Below are positions 33,810-44,907 of a DNA stretch of 64,000 bases, in pieces. The stretch is from a plasmid. The number at the start of each line of letters is the position of its first letter. Within the stretch, counting starts at the first letter, position 1. The stretch lies in the sequence record NZ_CP106961.1; one strand, 5' to 3'. The notes beneath the pieces are model-generated. The model searched no databases and had not been told where the DNA came from. It worked only from the letters and a program-made list of their open reading frames with translations. The position numbers and the translations under genes were made by a program.

Positions 33810-33939
33810 ATCCATATTTGATAATGTTATAAACCGTAAAGGAACTTCACGAATTTACGACAGAAATATTTATGGAGATCCACTTTACATCATTTAACCG
33901 ATGGAGTTTTTAGACGCTATGTTAAACATCCAAGTAATT

Positions 33940-34420
33940 GTGGAAAACCGGCTCGCTAATAAAGTCTTTCTTATATCAAATCAAAGCAGAAGTGACACCT
34001 TTACTGCGGAAAAGAGTTCTACTGCTTTGTCTTAGAGTATCCGTTTCCCTCCTAGCTATAAACTTCTTGGCATTCTCTTTTACCAACGAAAATCGCGAAG
34101 ACAATCATCTACTCGTCTATGCCTGATAGGCAAAATGATAACCTGAAAACCTGAACTTTATCTTGTAACAGTCAGGTACGCCACGAAGTTACTTCGCTTA
34201 AATTCGGGATGACTCAAGCACTTTAGCCAGTATCTTTTTTAACTGTTCACGTACTGTTGAGCCTAGCTTCGCCATTCCTTTAGTGCCCTCTCATCGTAAT
34301 CAAAAAATACGCCATCAGAGTTCATCCAAAATTACACGCACAGGCTTAGGATTGCGAACACGCTCTTTCACTATCTCACGAACTCAGCATCTTCATCACT
34401 CGAAAGTGTTTTTTTGAACG
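33940..34420 (-). pseudogene. decayed RelE/StbE-RelB/StbD-like toxin-antitoxin remnant
   Basis: minus-strand fragments ...FDYDERALKEWRKLGSTVREQLKKILAKVLES..., LRGVPDCYKIKF in broken frames resemble RelE/StbE N-terminus as I recall it; several stops. Confidence 0.3.
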
Positions 34421-34736
34421 GCAAGCGTTTATTGTCAACGATATGTTCAAGCATGAGAAGAAGCGCTCAATACCATTAGGTCTTAAATTTCACCTCTACC
34501 GTTTTCTCACCTATAAGCTCGTCTACCAAACGTACCATCTCTCCATTTTTCCTTTCCTTCAGCATTATAACCTGACAGCAAAAGTTATTCAGTGAATGTT
34601 ATATACATGATTTTTTCTGTCATTTTCTCCGCTGTTCTGCCATCATCATATATCGCCGAGGCGGCTTCATCACAACCGCGATAAGACTCCACAACGTCTA
34701 ACATAGCATCTTTTTGTTGGAGCCTTATTAGTCATA

Positions 34737-35221
34737 TCAGACATCCTCACTCTTAATATTTTTCAACTTCCTGATCTTTCTTGACAGTTCAATATTGTAT
34801 TTATGGAAATACTCAAGCGATTCTCTATAAAGGCAGAACTTACTTTCATACTCAAAAATTAAGCGCCATTCCCACTCAGTACATTTTGGAAAACAATTTA
34901 TCGAATACATTCCCGCTTTCAATGGTTTCACACGAATTGCGCGATGCATAGCCGGGACACCTTTTAGACGCGATGCGTAATCATCCCAGTTAATAGTTAA
35001 TTTCTTTGCACTACCAATATGTCCAAGTCTTGGCGCATAGCGACCAAGTTTTTCTGAATCTTGTTTTTGTACATTACTAGTTGAAATAATCTCTTTGTTA
35101 CGTGTTTTCCAGATAGTCCAGTAATTATCGATCTCATTTTTAGCTTCAGCAGCAACGCTATCAATGCTTCTGATGTTCTGCGCCCGATGTGCTTCGTACA
35201 ACTTGATTAGCAAATCTTTCA
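34737..35221 (-). CDS. hypothetical protein (low GC)
   Basis: ORF 178 aa; likely start MKDLLIKLYEAH at 35221; no recognisable motifs. Confidence 0.4.
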
Positions 35222-35470
35222 TGCACTCCTCCTGTATCTCAATACTATACATGAAATATGCCGACTTCCACATCGGATAGAAGAGGATTTTGGACTACAC
35301 CCAGACGAGTTTGTATGAATGTTCAAAATAGTTATGACGAGTTTTGGCTCAGCGCCGATACCACTTAGGTCGTGATAGGGATTAAGATTGTTAGGTGTAC
35401 GAATGGTACCATTAATAAAGTTACTTTTTTAAGTACCCAGCATAACTTCAAAAGTTTGATTAATACTTGT

Positions 35471-35665
35471 AACACTTTTCCTAGAAAAGTTAAACATAGT
35501 CATTTCATCCATGTTTAACTTTTCTAGGAAAAGTTAAACATGAGCAATTCATGTATGTTTAACTTTTTGGGTAAAAGTTAAACATATCGCAACCTTTTAT
35601 GTGGGCCTTTTACAGAAAAAGTCAAACATGGTGCGTGTAAATTATGTTTTTCTTTTATCCAAAAA
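35471..35665. repeat. array of AAAAGTTAAACAT 13-mers (5 direct, 2 inverted) including perfect 18-bp inverted repeat 35471..35519
   Basis: CCTAGAAAAGTTAAACAT-N13-ATGTTTAACTTTTCTAGG, then copies at ~35518, 35546 (inverted), 35563, 35607, 35651. Confidence 0.7.
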
Positions 35666-36918
35666 GTTGCACATAAGCAGCAAGCTAAATCCAATCTGTT
35701 GTTAAATTAAGACAGCCTTATGTAAAAAAGTGTTATATGCATTAAAGTTAGTATTGACCTACGGATCTAACTAATTCATTAACAGTGTTAGAGGACAGGG
35801 ACTACAGAAAAGTCGATTGAAATATTAATTTTTGCAGTTTTCTATTATAGTTTTCATTTAATAAAATTTAAAATTCCTTATATAGGTAAGGTTAGAAAGA
35901 GGACGCGTATAAGATGCATTTTCATTCACAACAGATTTTATTTAAGATGTTCAGTTGTTTTATGATGAAATGTCAATGAATCAGTATTTTCAACCTTCCA
36001 GAAACCATGCCTTTGCGAGATTAAGTTAATTAGAATTCCAATGATAAAACTTTCTTTTTAGCCTGATAATATTATAGCCATACAAAAACCCTCTCTCGCT
36101 CAAACACACACCAAGCATTTTTCTTGCACATTGCATAACAAAAAAATATATTGGTTCAAAGAAATTTTTCAAGTGCTGATTTGTGATCATAAGATATTTT
36201 CTCTGATGAAAATATCTTTACCAGATTCACGTAATATGGAGGTGATGAAATGTAACTGTTCAATTGTCGGCTTGATGATTGTCAGACACAAAATGGTGTT
36301 GTCTCGTTAGTAAACGCTTGGCATCCAAATTTATTATTTTTGAGAATAGGTTATTACTTCCCTCCCCCCCCCCCGAATTTATCTGCTTATTTCAAGAAAG
36401 TACAACACAATATTATTATGTGCACCCACGAGTTTGAAATATCTTCTTTGGAGACAATTGAAACTTACGCGTTATTACCTCGCATAGTATATCTATAGTG
36501 GATAAAACCCTACGAAACAGGTATGCCTTCCATAAAATTTCCGCTTGAGGATATGAAATATTAGCTGATCTAACCTTAGATAGCGTGTGGGTAAAAAAAT
36601 GAACCGCTTTGTTATGTCCTTAAGTTTGCAAGCCATCGGCAGGATTTTATTACTAGGTTGAGCGTCTTCATTTACGCGACTGAGGAATGAGGATAGAAAA
36701 TGAAACTTAGTGAGGGTGCGAGTGTATTGTTACGAGCGCAACTGTCAACCTAGATACAAGTAGCAAGCAGAAAGATGAAAAGGACTCCTAATAGTAAATA
36801 TATAATTTGTGTAAGTATCCTACTTAATCTAACCAGTTACAGTTAGATATTTCCTGATGTAGCCCCCTGAAACACCAGACAGTAGCTGTATCTCCAGATA
36901 AGAGATAGGCTTGAATAT

Positions 36919-37314
36919 ATGTCTAACGCTAACGCCAATTTTGAGATGACCGGGATCCTGTTAGGGCAAGAAGTCCGTAAACGTAAAACTCCTCAGGAGA
37001 AGATCGCCATTATCCAGCAGACGATGGAGCCGGGCATGAATGTCTCCCATGTCGCCCGCCTGCATGGCATCCAGCCCAGCCTGCTGTTTAAGTGGAAGAA
37101 GCAATATCAGGAAGGCAGCCTCACCGCCGTTGCGGCCGGGGAAGAAGTTGTTCCAGCTTCTGAGCTTACTGCTGCTCTGAAGCAGGTCCGGGAGCTTCAG
37201 CGCCTGCTGGGCAAGAAGACGATGGAAGTTGAGATCCTGAAAGAAGCCGTGGAGTACGCTCAGTCGCGAAAATGGATAGCGCACGCGCCCTTGTTGCCAA
37301 AGGACGGGGAATAG
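36919..37314 (+). CDS. IS2-like transposase OrfA
   Basis: 131 aa HTH protein. Confidence 0.8.
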   Translation: MSNANANFEMTGILLGQEVRKRKTPQEKIAIIQQTMEPGMNVSHVARLHGIQPSLLFKWKKQYQEGSLTAVAAGEEVVPASELTAALKQVRELQRLLGKKTMEVEILKEAVEYAQSRKWIAHAPLLPKDGE

Positions 37315-38153
37315 CCCTGGTCAGCCGCACCATGGGCGTGTCGCGTGCGCAGCTGTCACTGCGAATTAACCGTTCTGCCGACTGGCAGGACAGGCGCTGT
37401 AACCGGCGTGATGACGAAGCAGACGCTGAAATACTGTCAGAGATCCTCGATATCATCAGCGATATGCCCAGTTACGGCTATCGCTGTGTGTGGGGCATCC
37501 TGCGTACGCAACGTCGTACAGAGGGACTGCCCCCCGTGAACGCCAAACGGCTTTACCGGCTTATGAGCGAGCATAATCTGCTGTTACTGCATGACAAACC
37601 AGAGCGGTCGAAGCGTGAACATAAGGGCAAAATCGCGGTGGCAGAAAGCGATATGCGCTGGTGTTCAGATGGCTTCGAGTTCGGCTGCGACAACGGTGAG
37701 AAGCTGCGGGTCACGTTCGCGCTGGACTGCTGCGACAGAGAAGCCATAGACTGGGCAGCGAGCACAGGAGGCTACGACAGTTCGACGGTGCAGGATGTGA
37801 TGCTGAGGTCGGTGGAAAAGCGCTTCGGCGACGGGCTGCCGACCACACCGGTTCAATGGCTGACGGATAACGGTTCAGCATATACCGCGCATGAAACGCG
37901 GAGGTTCGCCAGAGAGCTGAATCTGGAGCCGTGTACAACAGCGGTGAGCAGCCCGCAGAGCAATGGCATGGCCGAACGGTTCGTGAAGACGATGAAGGAA
38001 GACTATATCGCGTTCATGGCAAAACCAGATGTGAGAACAGCCCTGCGAAACCTTGCAGCAGCGTTCACACATTACAATGAAAACCACCCGCACAGCGCGC
38101 TGGGATATCACTCCCCGAGGGAATATCGGCGGCAGCGGACATCGTTAACTTAA
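37272..38153 (+). CDS. IS2-like transposase OrfB (DDE)
   Basis: 293 aa DDE integrase-core. Confidence 0.8.
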   Translation: MDSARALVAKGRGIALVSRTMGVSRAQLSLRINRSADWQDRRCNRRDDEADAEILSEILDIISDMPSYGYRCVWGILRTQRRTEGLPPVNAKRLYRLMSEHNLLLLHDKPERSKREHKGKIAVAESDMRWCSDGFEFGCDNGEKLRVTFALDCCDREAIDWAASTGGYDSSTVQDVMLRSVEKRFGDGLPTTPVQWLTDNGSAYTAHETRRFARELNLEPCTTAVSSPQSNGMAERFVKTMKEDYIAFMAKPDVRTALRNLAAAFTHYNENHPHSALGYHSPREYRRQRTSLT

Positions 38154-39691
38154 GATACAAAAGCTGTCCGGAGATGGCGGGTCAAGATCATCACTTACTG
38201 ACTGCATACATTCCTCCTCTGTTGGACAATCCAAAAAAGAAAAATGTGACTGTTATAAGTATGACTCAAAAAATTTTCTGCGCGATCATTCCATTCACGG
38301 AAGCAGGTCTGAAATCGTCACGAGATAACTGACCGGCTGGCAGGCACATAACAATCGTGGCATGCGAAATGCTGACAGATTTAAGAATCTGTGAAAGTGG
38401 TGAAAAAGACAATATTCAGAGGATAAATCTACGGAGATGGGCCTGTTCCTGCTCATTCAGTTGAGCATACTCCTTAATTTGTCTGAACAACGATTCCTTG
38501 CTGTTAGACGCAACAGAAGAAAGATATTCCCCGCTCCGCCATTTATAAATATAAACCAGATAAAAAGGAGATGATGGTGAGTACTGATAGCTAATGGAGA
38601 GGTGATTGCAGATTCTTTGCTTTTCCATATAATTAACATTGTTACCAAAAAAATATATATACATATTTTTGTTGATTTTGAAGCATGAGTACCGGCACGT
38701 TTCATAACACATAAACAGCGCCAGACACAGCAGGATGATGTCTACAGCAGTAAAGTTGCGGTTCCGAATTAACTGCCAGTTTCGGCATTGATAATCAATA
38801 CTTAAAAAAAGCCCCGGTTGCGGGGCAACTTTGAGTCAAAACTGTTCTTATGTTTGTGTGCTTCGAGCGTTGATAACGTAAACACCATAACAGTCAGGGG
38901 TTAAATGGCAAATAAAATACATCTTATCTTTAGGCTTTTTGTGCGGTATCAGACCCTGGATATCCAGATTAAGGAAAAAGCGCTGCAATAATATACAGGA
39001 TATATTTTACTCACTGCCAATATATGGTGTTTCTGCACCCTGTACAATACTCCGGCAGTGAAACATAATCGATACCGGGGTCAGATGTCTGCCCTATAAA
39101 TTATGCACCGGCTTTTCCCCAATGGTTATCACGCTCTTTTTGTCTGCGGGTGATGAACTAAATGCAGAAGTGATATGTCATGGTTCAGATACAGAGGTTC
39201 GCTAATAATGAACCCGTCAGGGTAATGAGCGTTCGACCTAATAAAGGGCAAATATGCGTTTATATGCTTACAAGGCGATAAGAGGTTTGACTGCCGGAAA
39301 ATATTTTTCCTTTGCGTTAATGACCGGACTGGCTTGGCGCTCACAGCTGCAGGCAGGCCTGTGAACAGGGCACAATTCCCCGAAGCCCAATGTATAACAA
39401 GCGCAAATTCCCGGGTCCAGGAATAATCCCGGGCCAGAACCTGAGCGGTTTTTTCCGGGTAACATCCATCAGCGTAAACGACGACAACATCCGGAATCAT
39501 CGTCAGCCGGAGACGACGGCTGCGTTGGTTGAAAACGGTTAAGTAGCTTTTAGATTCTCCAGGGGCGTGTCAGGAGAGGTAAGAATAATTCACAGGTGCT
39601 TTACATTGATATCTTCATTCCGGTAAAAAGCAACTGCGAGCCAGCAGGCCCGCAGTATGATTTCTAGCAGTTTAATAAACTGGCTATAAAA

Positions 39692-39877
39692 TCAGGAGTT
39701 GTCAGATTTACGGCCTCCGCCGTGACTGTTTTGTCCCCCTTTCTTGCCAGCTTCCGATGCGCGCTGCGGGTCGTTTTTAAAATTCCCTCCGCTATGCTGC
39801 CCGCCTTTACGTCCAGCTTCAGAAGCTTTTTCAGGGTTTTCAGCGAAATTACCGGAACCACCACGATGCTCTGCCAT
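39692..39877 (-). CDS. yciG: KGG-repeat general stress protein, YciG-like
   Basis: MAEHRGGSGNFAENPEKASEAGRKGGQHSGGNFKNDPQRASEAGKKGGQ repeats; ORF-track start 39889 is an extension. Confidence 0.7.
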   Translation of the reverse strand: MAEHRGGSGNFAENPEKASEAGRKGGQHSGGNFKNDPQRASEAGKKGGQNSHGGGRKSDNS

Positions 39878-41138
39878 ATTAAACCTCATCTCTCATATAT
39901 TGGTTATGTCAGTAAGATACGTAAGTATTTCGTATCTCTCGTCGTTCGATAAATAAATTTAGTCGATGTGCAGGTCCTGTCAAACCTGTTTTTTATCATG
40001 CGTGAGGGTTTCCTGATATTACGGGGGGTGATTTTACGTTTCGCTTGATTTATATAATCGACCACACTTACGCCAGTAACCTGCTGTTTTATGGGAGGGC
40101 CTGTAACAAAAATCAAAGACTAAAAGTAGTTAACGAAGCGCAAAGCACAATGTTTTCATGTGTAAGCAATCAGTTTCCAAAGATATAAAACGGATTTTTC
40201 TTATTTTGGCCAAAAAAAAGCCGCTGGGGAGCGGCTGTAAACAAGGGAAATCCAGATGCTTTCATACTATTTCAGGCTAGCTGTTGTTTTCATTTTTCAC
40301 AAGTTGAATTACATAAGAGGTGACCATGCCTGTATCACATACTAACGTTCAGAATATAACGATCATAAATATTCTCGACACTTTTAGCGTCAGGTTTGAT
40401 ATTTTTCAATAGATCCATATTGTCGGACAAAATTGTACATATCTGTCCGCGTGGAAATGCCCGCAGAAAACATCCGGAACCAGCGCCAGCCGGAAGCCAT
40501 GGCCTATTCAGCAGTAATTACCCGTTGGCGCATTTACGATCGAACTGGAGAGAAAAAAGCCCGCACGGGAGCGGGCATAATTCCCTTAGTTTTGTTATCA
40601 ATCCCGCGCTCAGGACGCAGGTATATAACCTATCGACAGCATAAACAATTACTTTAAGAAGGCAATTTTTCAGGTCGTTGCCTGGCTCAACGGCGCAGGC
40701 GCAAATGGGGCCAGGACAGGGGCTACAGCAGCAGTGACAGATGAAGCGGGATATGTTGTCGCCTCGTTATACGATGAGATTTTCTGCTCTGCTGATCGTA
40801 CGCTGATATCCAGTGATGCTGCGGAGATCGAGGGGTAAGTCTGAGGAAGAAGCCGAAGTGGTGGGACGGGTGGCATTTTTCTTCAACTTAACTGACAGTG
40901 ATGAGTGTCCGGTATAAGAAGCGGCATAAATTTGAACGCCATGGCGGGGGGAGATTTAATGTCTCCCCTTGTGGCCTCTAATGTCCACTATGAGCGGGAA
41001 GCGGACATTGAGCCATTCAAATAATCTGTGCCAAAATTTGTCATTAAGGCCAGCACTTTCGGGTAGATCCATTTCCCGCCCGCCCCTTAAACTCACCTTT
41101 CTCACTCACCTACGGCTTATCACCGGGAGTAAAAAACC

Positions 41139-41165
41139 CGCCGAAGCGGGTTTAGTAATTTGAAT
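41139..41165 (-). terminator. rho-independent terminator for the Cys-rich protein gene
   Basis: minus strand AAACCCGCTTCGGCGGGTTTTTTAC. Confidence 0.65.
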
Positions 41166-41171
41166 TTATTC

Positions 41172-41498
41172 TCAGGCGGCCATCTTTCTGCATTGCTCTG
41201 CGCAGTGATGACAAGCTCTGGAGCACTCCTGGCAATGGTCATGTTCATGCTTTCCACACTCATCGCCGCACTTCTGACAAACGTCAGCGCAAAGACGGCA
41301 GAGCGCTTGGGCTGAATCGCTATTTAGTGTCATGAATTGAGCTGCAAGACGGCAGATATTTGCACATTGCATATCCAGTTTTATGCACTCGCGCATCATC
41401 TCAAGATTCTCTTCTTCGAGACACGAAGCCGCACAGTTATCACATGCAGTTGCGCATAGATAACAGGATTCGATGCATTTTTTATATTCGTCTAACAT
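41172..41498 (-). CDS. cysteine-rich four-helix-bundle copper-binding protein (Csp3/YhjQ-like, DUF326)
   Basis: 108 aa with 19 Cys in repeated CxxxC spacing (CYLCATACDNCAASC, CANICRLAAQF, CRLCADVCQKCGDEC, CSRACHHCAEQC). Confidence 0.6.
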   Translation of the reverse strand: MLDEYKKCIESCYLCATACDNCAASCLEEENLEMMRECIKLDMQCANICRLAAQFMTLNSDSAQALCRLCADVCQKCGDECGKHEHDHCQECSRACHHCAEQCRKMAA

Positions 41499-41635
41499 AA
41501 TATCTCCTCAGCTAAGGTTACGTATTAAGCATAGAAGAGATAACTGATTATACAATAATGGAATTAGTTAATAACCTTTTCAAGGTTTCACTCATATGAT
41601 TTTAAATGCAAATTTAGGGTTACTTAAGCACCAAT

Positions 41636-41659
41636 GCCCGCTTCTGGCACAAAGCGGAC
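41636..41659. repeat. hairpin repeat family copy 1 (CCGCTT-CTGGCACA-AAGCGG)
   Basis: 7-8 bp stem, conserved loop CTGGCACA; 3' flank of vapC. Confidence 0.6.
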
Positions 41660-41686
41660 ATCCCCCTTTCTCCGTTCTGTCTGCCG

Positions 41687-42103
41687 TCAGTTAACCCAGT
41701 CTTCCAGCACCAGGCCCGGCACGCGTTCAAACTCTCTCACATTATTCGTCACGAGGACGGCACCAGCAGCAATCGCATGCCCGGCAATTGCCGTGTCGTT
41801 AGGGCCGATTGGCGTCCCGGCGAGGCGCAGCGCGACCTTAATGTCCGTGGTGGCGTCCACCGCAGCGCTGTCCCAGGGCAGGATGGCATCGAGGCGGGCG
41901 CAGAATGCGTCAACCAGCTGGATGTGGCGCGGGGAGGCTTTCGGGCCGGTGGCGCCGAAGCGCATCTCGGAATAGGTGATGGCCGAGATCACGATACGCT
42001 GGTTGCGCAGCACCGCCTGCTCCAGACGCTTCAGGACGGCTTCCGGCTGCTCGCGCATGATGAATGAGCAGATACAGGTGTCCAGCATATAGGTTTTATT
42101 CAC
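41687..42103 (-). CDS. vapC: PIN-domain toxin VapC (MvpT-like)
   Basis: 138 aa, MLDTCICSFIM N-terminus with conserved Asp; overlaps vapB by 4 bp. Confidence 0.85.
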   Translation of the reverse strand: MNKTYMLDTCICSFIMREQPEAVLKRLEQAVLRNQRIVISAITYSEMRFGATGPKASPRHIQLVDAFCARLDAILPWDSAAVDATTDIKVALRLAGTPIGPNDTAIAGHAIAAGAVLVTNNVREFERVPGLVLEDWVN

Positions 42104-42330
42104 AGATCAAATCGTCCTTCGTCGGTGACAACGTCCTCGCGCTCCGCCATAAAGTCCGGGTCTGCCTTCTCGAGCTGCGCGAACGAGCCCCAGGTCGGCC
42201 GGACGGGACGCAAAATAATGCTGTCCCCTTCCCGGACGATCTCCAGCTCGCTCACCCCCTCAAAATCGAGATCGCGGGGGAGGCGGATGGCGCGGTTGTT
42301 GCCATTTTTAAAAATGGATACGGTTCTCAT
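42100..42330 (-). CDS. vapB: SpoVT/AbrB-type antitoxin VapB (MvpA-like)
   Basis: 76 aa, MRTVSIFKNGNNRAIRLPRDL. Confidence 0.85.
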   Translation of the reverse strand: MRTVSIFKNGNNRAIRLPRDLDFEGVSELEIVREGDSIILRPVRPTWGSFAQLEKADPDFMAEREDVVTDEGRFDL

Positions 42331-42527
42331 TTACGTTACACCCCATAATGCATGCGCCCGATACTCTGGGCATGGCCTGTGAAAAGCACAGGCGAATAAA
42401 AAAACACCACCTACCATTGCATAGGTATAGTATATGCAGATGTGAGGCATATGTATAGAGTCTAGATATGCAGATGTATGGCATATGGATATGGTCAGCC
42501 TATACGGAGTATTCTCTTTTTTGCGCA

Positions 42528-42553
42528 GATCCGAAAAAAGGTAAAGTCGGATC
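42528..42553. repeat. GATCCG-AAAAAAGGTAAAGT-CGGATC palindrome (copy A)
   Basis: second copy at 50705..50730. Confidence 0.5.
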
Positions 42554-42829
42554 TGGACTGAGTAACCGTATGGAGGGGGATGGAAATACGGTAAGAGGGA
42601 GTCAAAGCAAAAGGCAGGTAGGAACGAAAGGTCCGCCTTGAGCGAGGAGCGGAACTTCACTCATACTCCCTCAGTTGATTGGATTAAAATTATCGTGCTG
42701 TCACCCACTCAGCTTCGCTGTAAGGGTGACCAGCGAAAATTAAGCACAAATTTCTGAGATACAGGTTTTGCCGTCGTAAGACGAAATATTGGGCAGACAG
42801 TATTCGATCTCAGAGTCAAGCTCACTTAC

Positions 42830-43219
42830 TTATTTATCGACCATCAGCGGTACATCTTCCATTCTTGCGCCGCCGTTCAGCCGGAATGTGATAGTGATAA
42901 TTTTCGGCAACGAAGTGGGTTCCAGGCCACACCACTTATTCATTGCACGGAGCGTTTCTTTCTCAAACACATCGGCGGGCTGCGCTGATAAGATTATGAT
43001 GTTTTCCGCACACCCTTTTGTATTCACAGTGTATGAAGCCCTTACAACCCCCTCAATCCGGCCAGCCTGTGCTTTTGCAGGATAATAGGGCTGGTTCACC
43101 GTGGCGGATTTACCTGCCTTTGTGTCTCCAGGCGCATGTTGCTGGCCCGACAGTGTTTGCTTGTGAACACACCCTGTTGCCAGCATAGCCAGCGTTATAG
43201 CCATCATTAAACGTTTCAT
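42830..43219 (-). CDS. small lipoprotein with TonB C-terminal-like domain
   Basis: lipobox LAMLATGC, then YPAKAQAGRIEGVVRASYTVNTKG TonB_C-like; start at 43219 (ORF-track start 43288 is an extension). Confidence 0.55.
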   Translation of the reverse strand: MKRLMMAITLAMLATGCVHKQTLSGQQHAPGDTKAGKSATVNQPYYPAKAQAGRIEGVVRASYTVNTKGCAENIIILSAQPADVFEKETLRAMNKWCGLEPTSLPKIITITFRLNGGARMEDVPLMVDK

Positions 43220-43383
43220 TCTTTTCCTTGATAAAGCAGCCACCTGTAGCATCCCCAGCAAAATGAATACCGGACGTATTATTAGCAACTCGATAATAAT
43301 ACGTATTCATAGAAAGGTGCATGTGTGAGTATTCCTGCAAAACTAACCATCAACCTTTAGAGAGTCTCTGGCAACCCCAACTT

Positions 43384-43405
43384 CCGCTTCTGGCACAAAG
43401 CGGAC
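43384..43405. repeat. hairpin repeat family copy 2 (TCCGCTT-CTGGCACA-AAGCGGA)
   Basis: between TonB-like gene and GIY-YIG gene. Confidence 0.6.
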
Positions 43406-43588
43406 CAGTGCGCAGAGCTAGGTCCGATAAGAGCGAGGAGCAGACGTTGACCATTCTGTTCAACGTCTTCAGACTCAGCCCTTAACTCTCAGTTCTTCGC
43501 GAATTGGACCTTGAAAGTAGATGCTACCTTTATGGTAAAGATCAACTGACTCATGGTGATGAGTCAGTTAAAATCTGTAAAAAAAATC

Positions 43589-44329
43589 TTAGACAATCCC
43601 AACTTTTACAAATGGACTTCCGTGACTGCGTGTTTTTTTGATTAATTTACCCACATACAAGTCTCTAACTTCTTTAGCTGCAATTCGGCCAACAAACTCG
43701 GAGCGATTGGTATTCATAGTAATGTTTAAATCACGCGTAAAGTATTGTTGAGAGCCAGCCTTCACCCAGCACTGTATTTCATAGACCTCCATGACAAGCC
43801 CGCCATAAGTTGCGTAAGCAAATTTAAGTCTCTCGTCTTTAGGGATATTTGCCCAAATGCCGCGAGTGGACTCATATAGCTCCAATGCGCTCATACCAGA
43901 CTTGTATGTACTGTTTAAAAGAAAGGCGAGCCCGGCATGTTCACATGCGATTTCGGTTTCTTCTTTGAGTAGCAAGTGCTGGAGTTCATCAAGCGTGATG
44001 CGTCCCATAAGAGAGCTACTTCCTCGAACTTTATTAGTAAGTTCTCCCACACCTAAGAGATCGATACATGTTGCCTCAACAAGTTTGGCCGTTGATTCAT
44101 CCATTCCATGGCGAAGAATATCGATACCCAAGTTTTTTCTTTCTAAAAGCTCTTTGATCCGCTCAGATTTCGGAGATTCATCAGGACGTTTGATATGGTC
44201 AAGACAGCGATCGGACTTCCCCTTTCCAATGTAAAAAGGCTTCTTGAACTCATCTTCCTTGTCATAAAAGGCATATACATAGTACTTAGCCAAATCCAAA
44301 GATTTTGTATATTTTGATAAATCCCTCAA
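43589..44329 (-). CDS. GIY-YIG nuclease-domain protein with uncharacterised C-terminal domain
   Basis: N-terminal YVYAFYDKEDEFKKPFYIGKGKSDRCLDH matches GIY-YIG signature; ~40% GC; 246 aa. Confidence 0.6.
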   Translation of the reverse strand: MRDLSKYTKSLDLAKYYVYAFYDKEDEFKKPFYIGKGKSDRCLDHIKRPDESPKSERIKELLERKNLGIDILRHGMDESTAKLVEATCIDLLGVGELTNKVRGSSSLMGRITLDELQHLLLKEETEIACEHAGLAFLLNSTYKSGMSALELYESTRGIWANIPKDERLKFAYATYGGLVMEVYEIQCWVKAGSQQYFTRDLNITMNTNRSEFVGRIAAKEVRDLYVGKLIKKTRSHGSPFVKVGIV

Positions 44330-44453
44330 TGTTTGTTTCCTTAGCTACCGATGTTGAAATTAATTTCATTATCGGCATGACGTAATAGAACTTAAGTCCT
44401 GGTTGAGAAAGTGAACTCCTTACAATTTATTCTTGTGCCACGATGTTAGTCAC

Positions 44454-44476
44454 GTCCGCTCCTGGCACAAAGCGAC
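44454..44476. repeat. hairpin repeat family copy 3 (GTCCGCT-CCTGGCACA-AAGCGAC, degenerate)
   Basis: downstream side of GIY-YIG gene. Confidence 0.5.
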
Positions 44477-44907
44477 CTTTGTCATGAATCCTGACTCACT
44501 GTCTGAGGCAGGAGCAGGCCCGCTGAATGCGGCTTTAGCGGCAGGAAGCGTTAGATAACGTTGAGCTGAACGGCGCCGTAAGCCCGGCTCCGCCGGTTAT
44601 ATTCTGATATATGGCGCTCCCCATTCCTGTCAGTGTATCGAATCTCACAGGTGAACCAGCCGCAGACTGCTTCCATAGGCTGCAGGTTAAAACGTTTGCT
44701 TACTTTCTGAATCATGAGGGCTTTTCTGGTGGCCCAATATCCGGTTAACGATAACTTTCAGAAAATGAACCCTGCCTCTCTGGGATGATTAGGATTAACT
44801 AATCATCTTATGGAATTGTAAAATCCCGTATGAAATTAAAAAATCTGTGCGGGATTGCCGTTTTATTAAGGCTGCACTGCAGTCAATTAAAGAGAGGGAG
44901 ACTGAAT

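Larger units (their letters stand above)
36860..38215 (+). mobile_element. IS2-like IS3-family insertion sequence (approximate ends)
   Basis: orfA 36919..37314 and orfB 37272..38153 resemble IS2 InsC/InsD as I recall them ([33 protein letters not shown]); terminal sequences GTAGCCCCCTGAAACACCAGACAG and CCATCTCCGGACAGCTTTTGTATCT weakly inverted. Confidence 0.7.

Noticed and set aside
33508-33897. 129-aa ORF with repetitive SLMAFYSSITAHSP sequence
   Set aside because: Artefact of translating the six 42-bp tandem DNA repeats. Not treated as a repeat protein.
36245-36310. 22-codon hydrophobic ORF (MKCNCSIVGLMIVRHKMVLSR) after a GGAGG, resembling a type I toxin or leader peptide
   Set aside because: Shine-Dalgarno to ATG spacing is only 2 nt. 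It is not conserved elsewhere in the window. Too weak to call.
41640-41655. TGGCAC in hairpin loops as sigma-54 -24 element
   Set aside because: No TTGC -12 element at the required spacing in any of the four copies.
44545-44715. Minus-strand ~55-codon fragment MIQKVSKRFNLQPMEAVCGWFTCEIRYTDRNGERH…, possible gene remnant
   Set aside because: Too short, and I cannot assign a family from the sequence alone.
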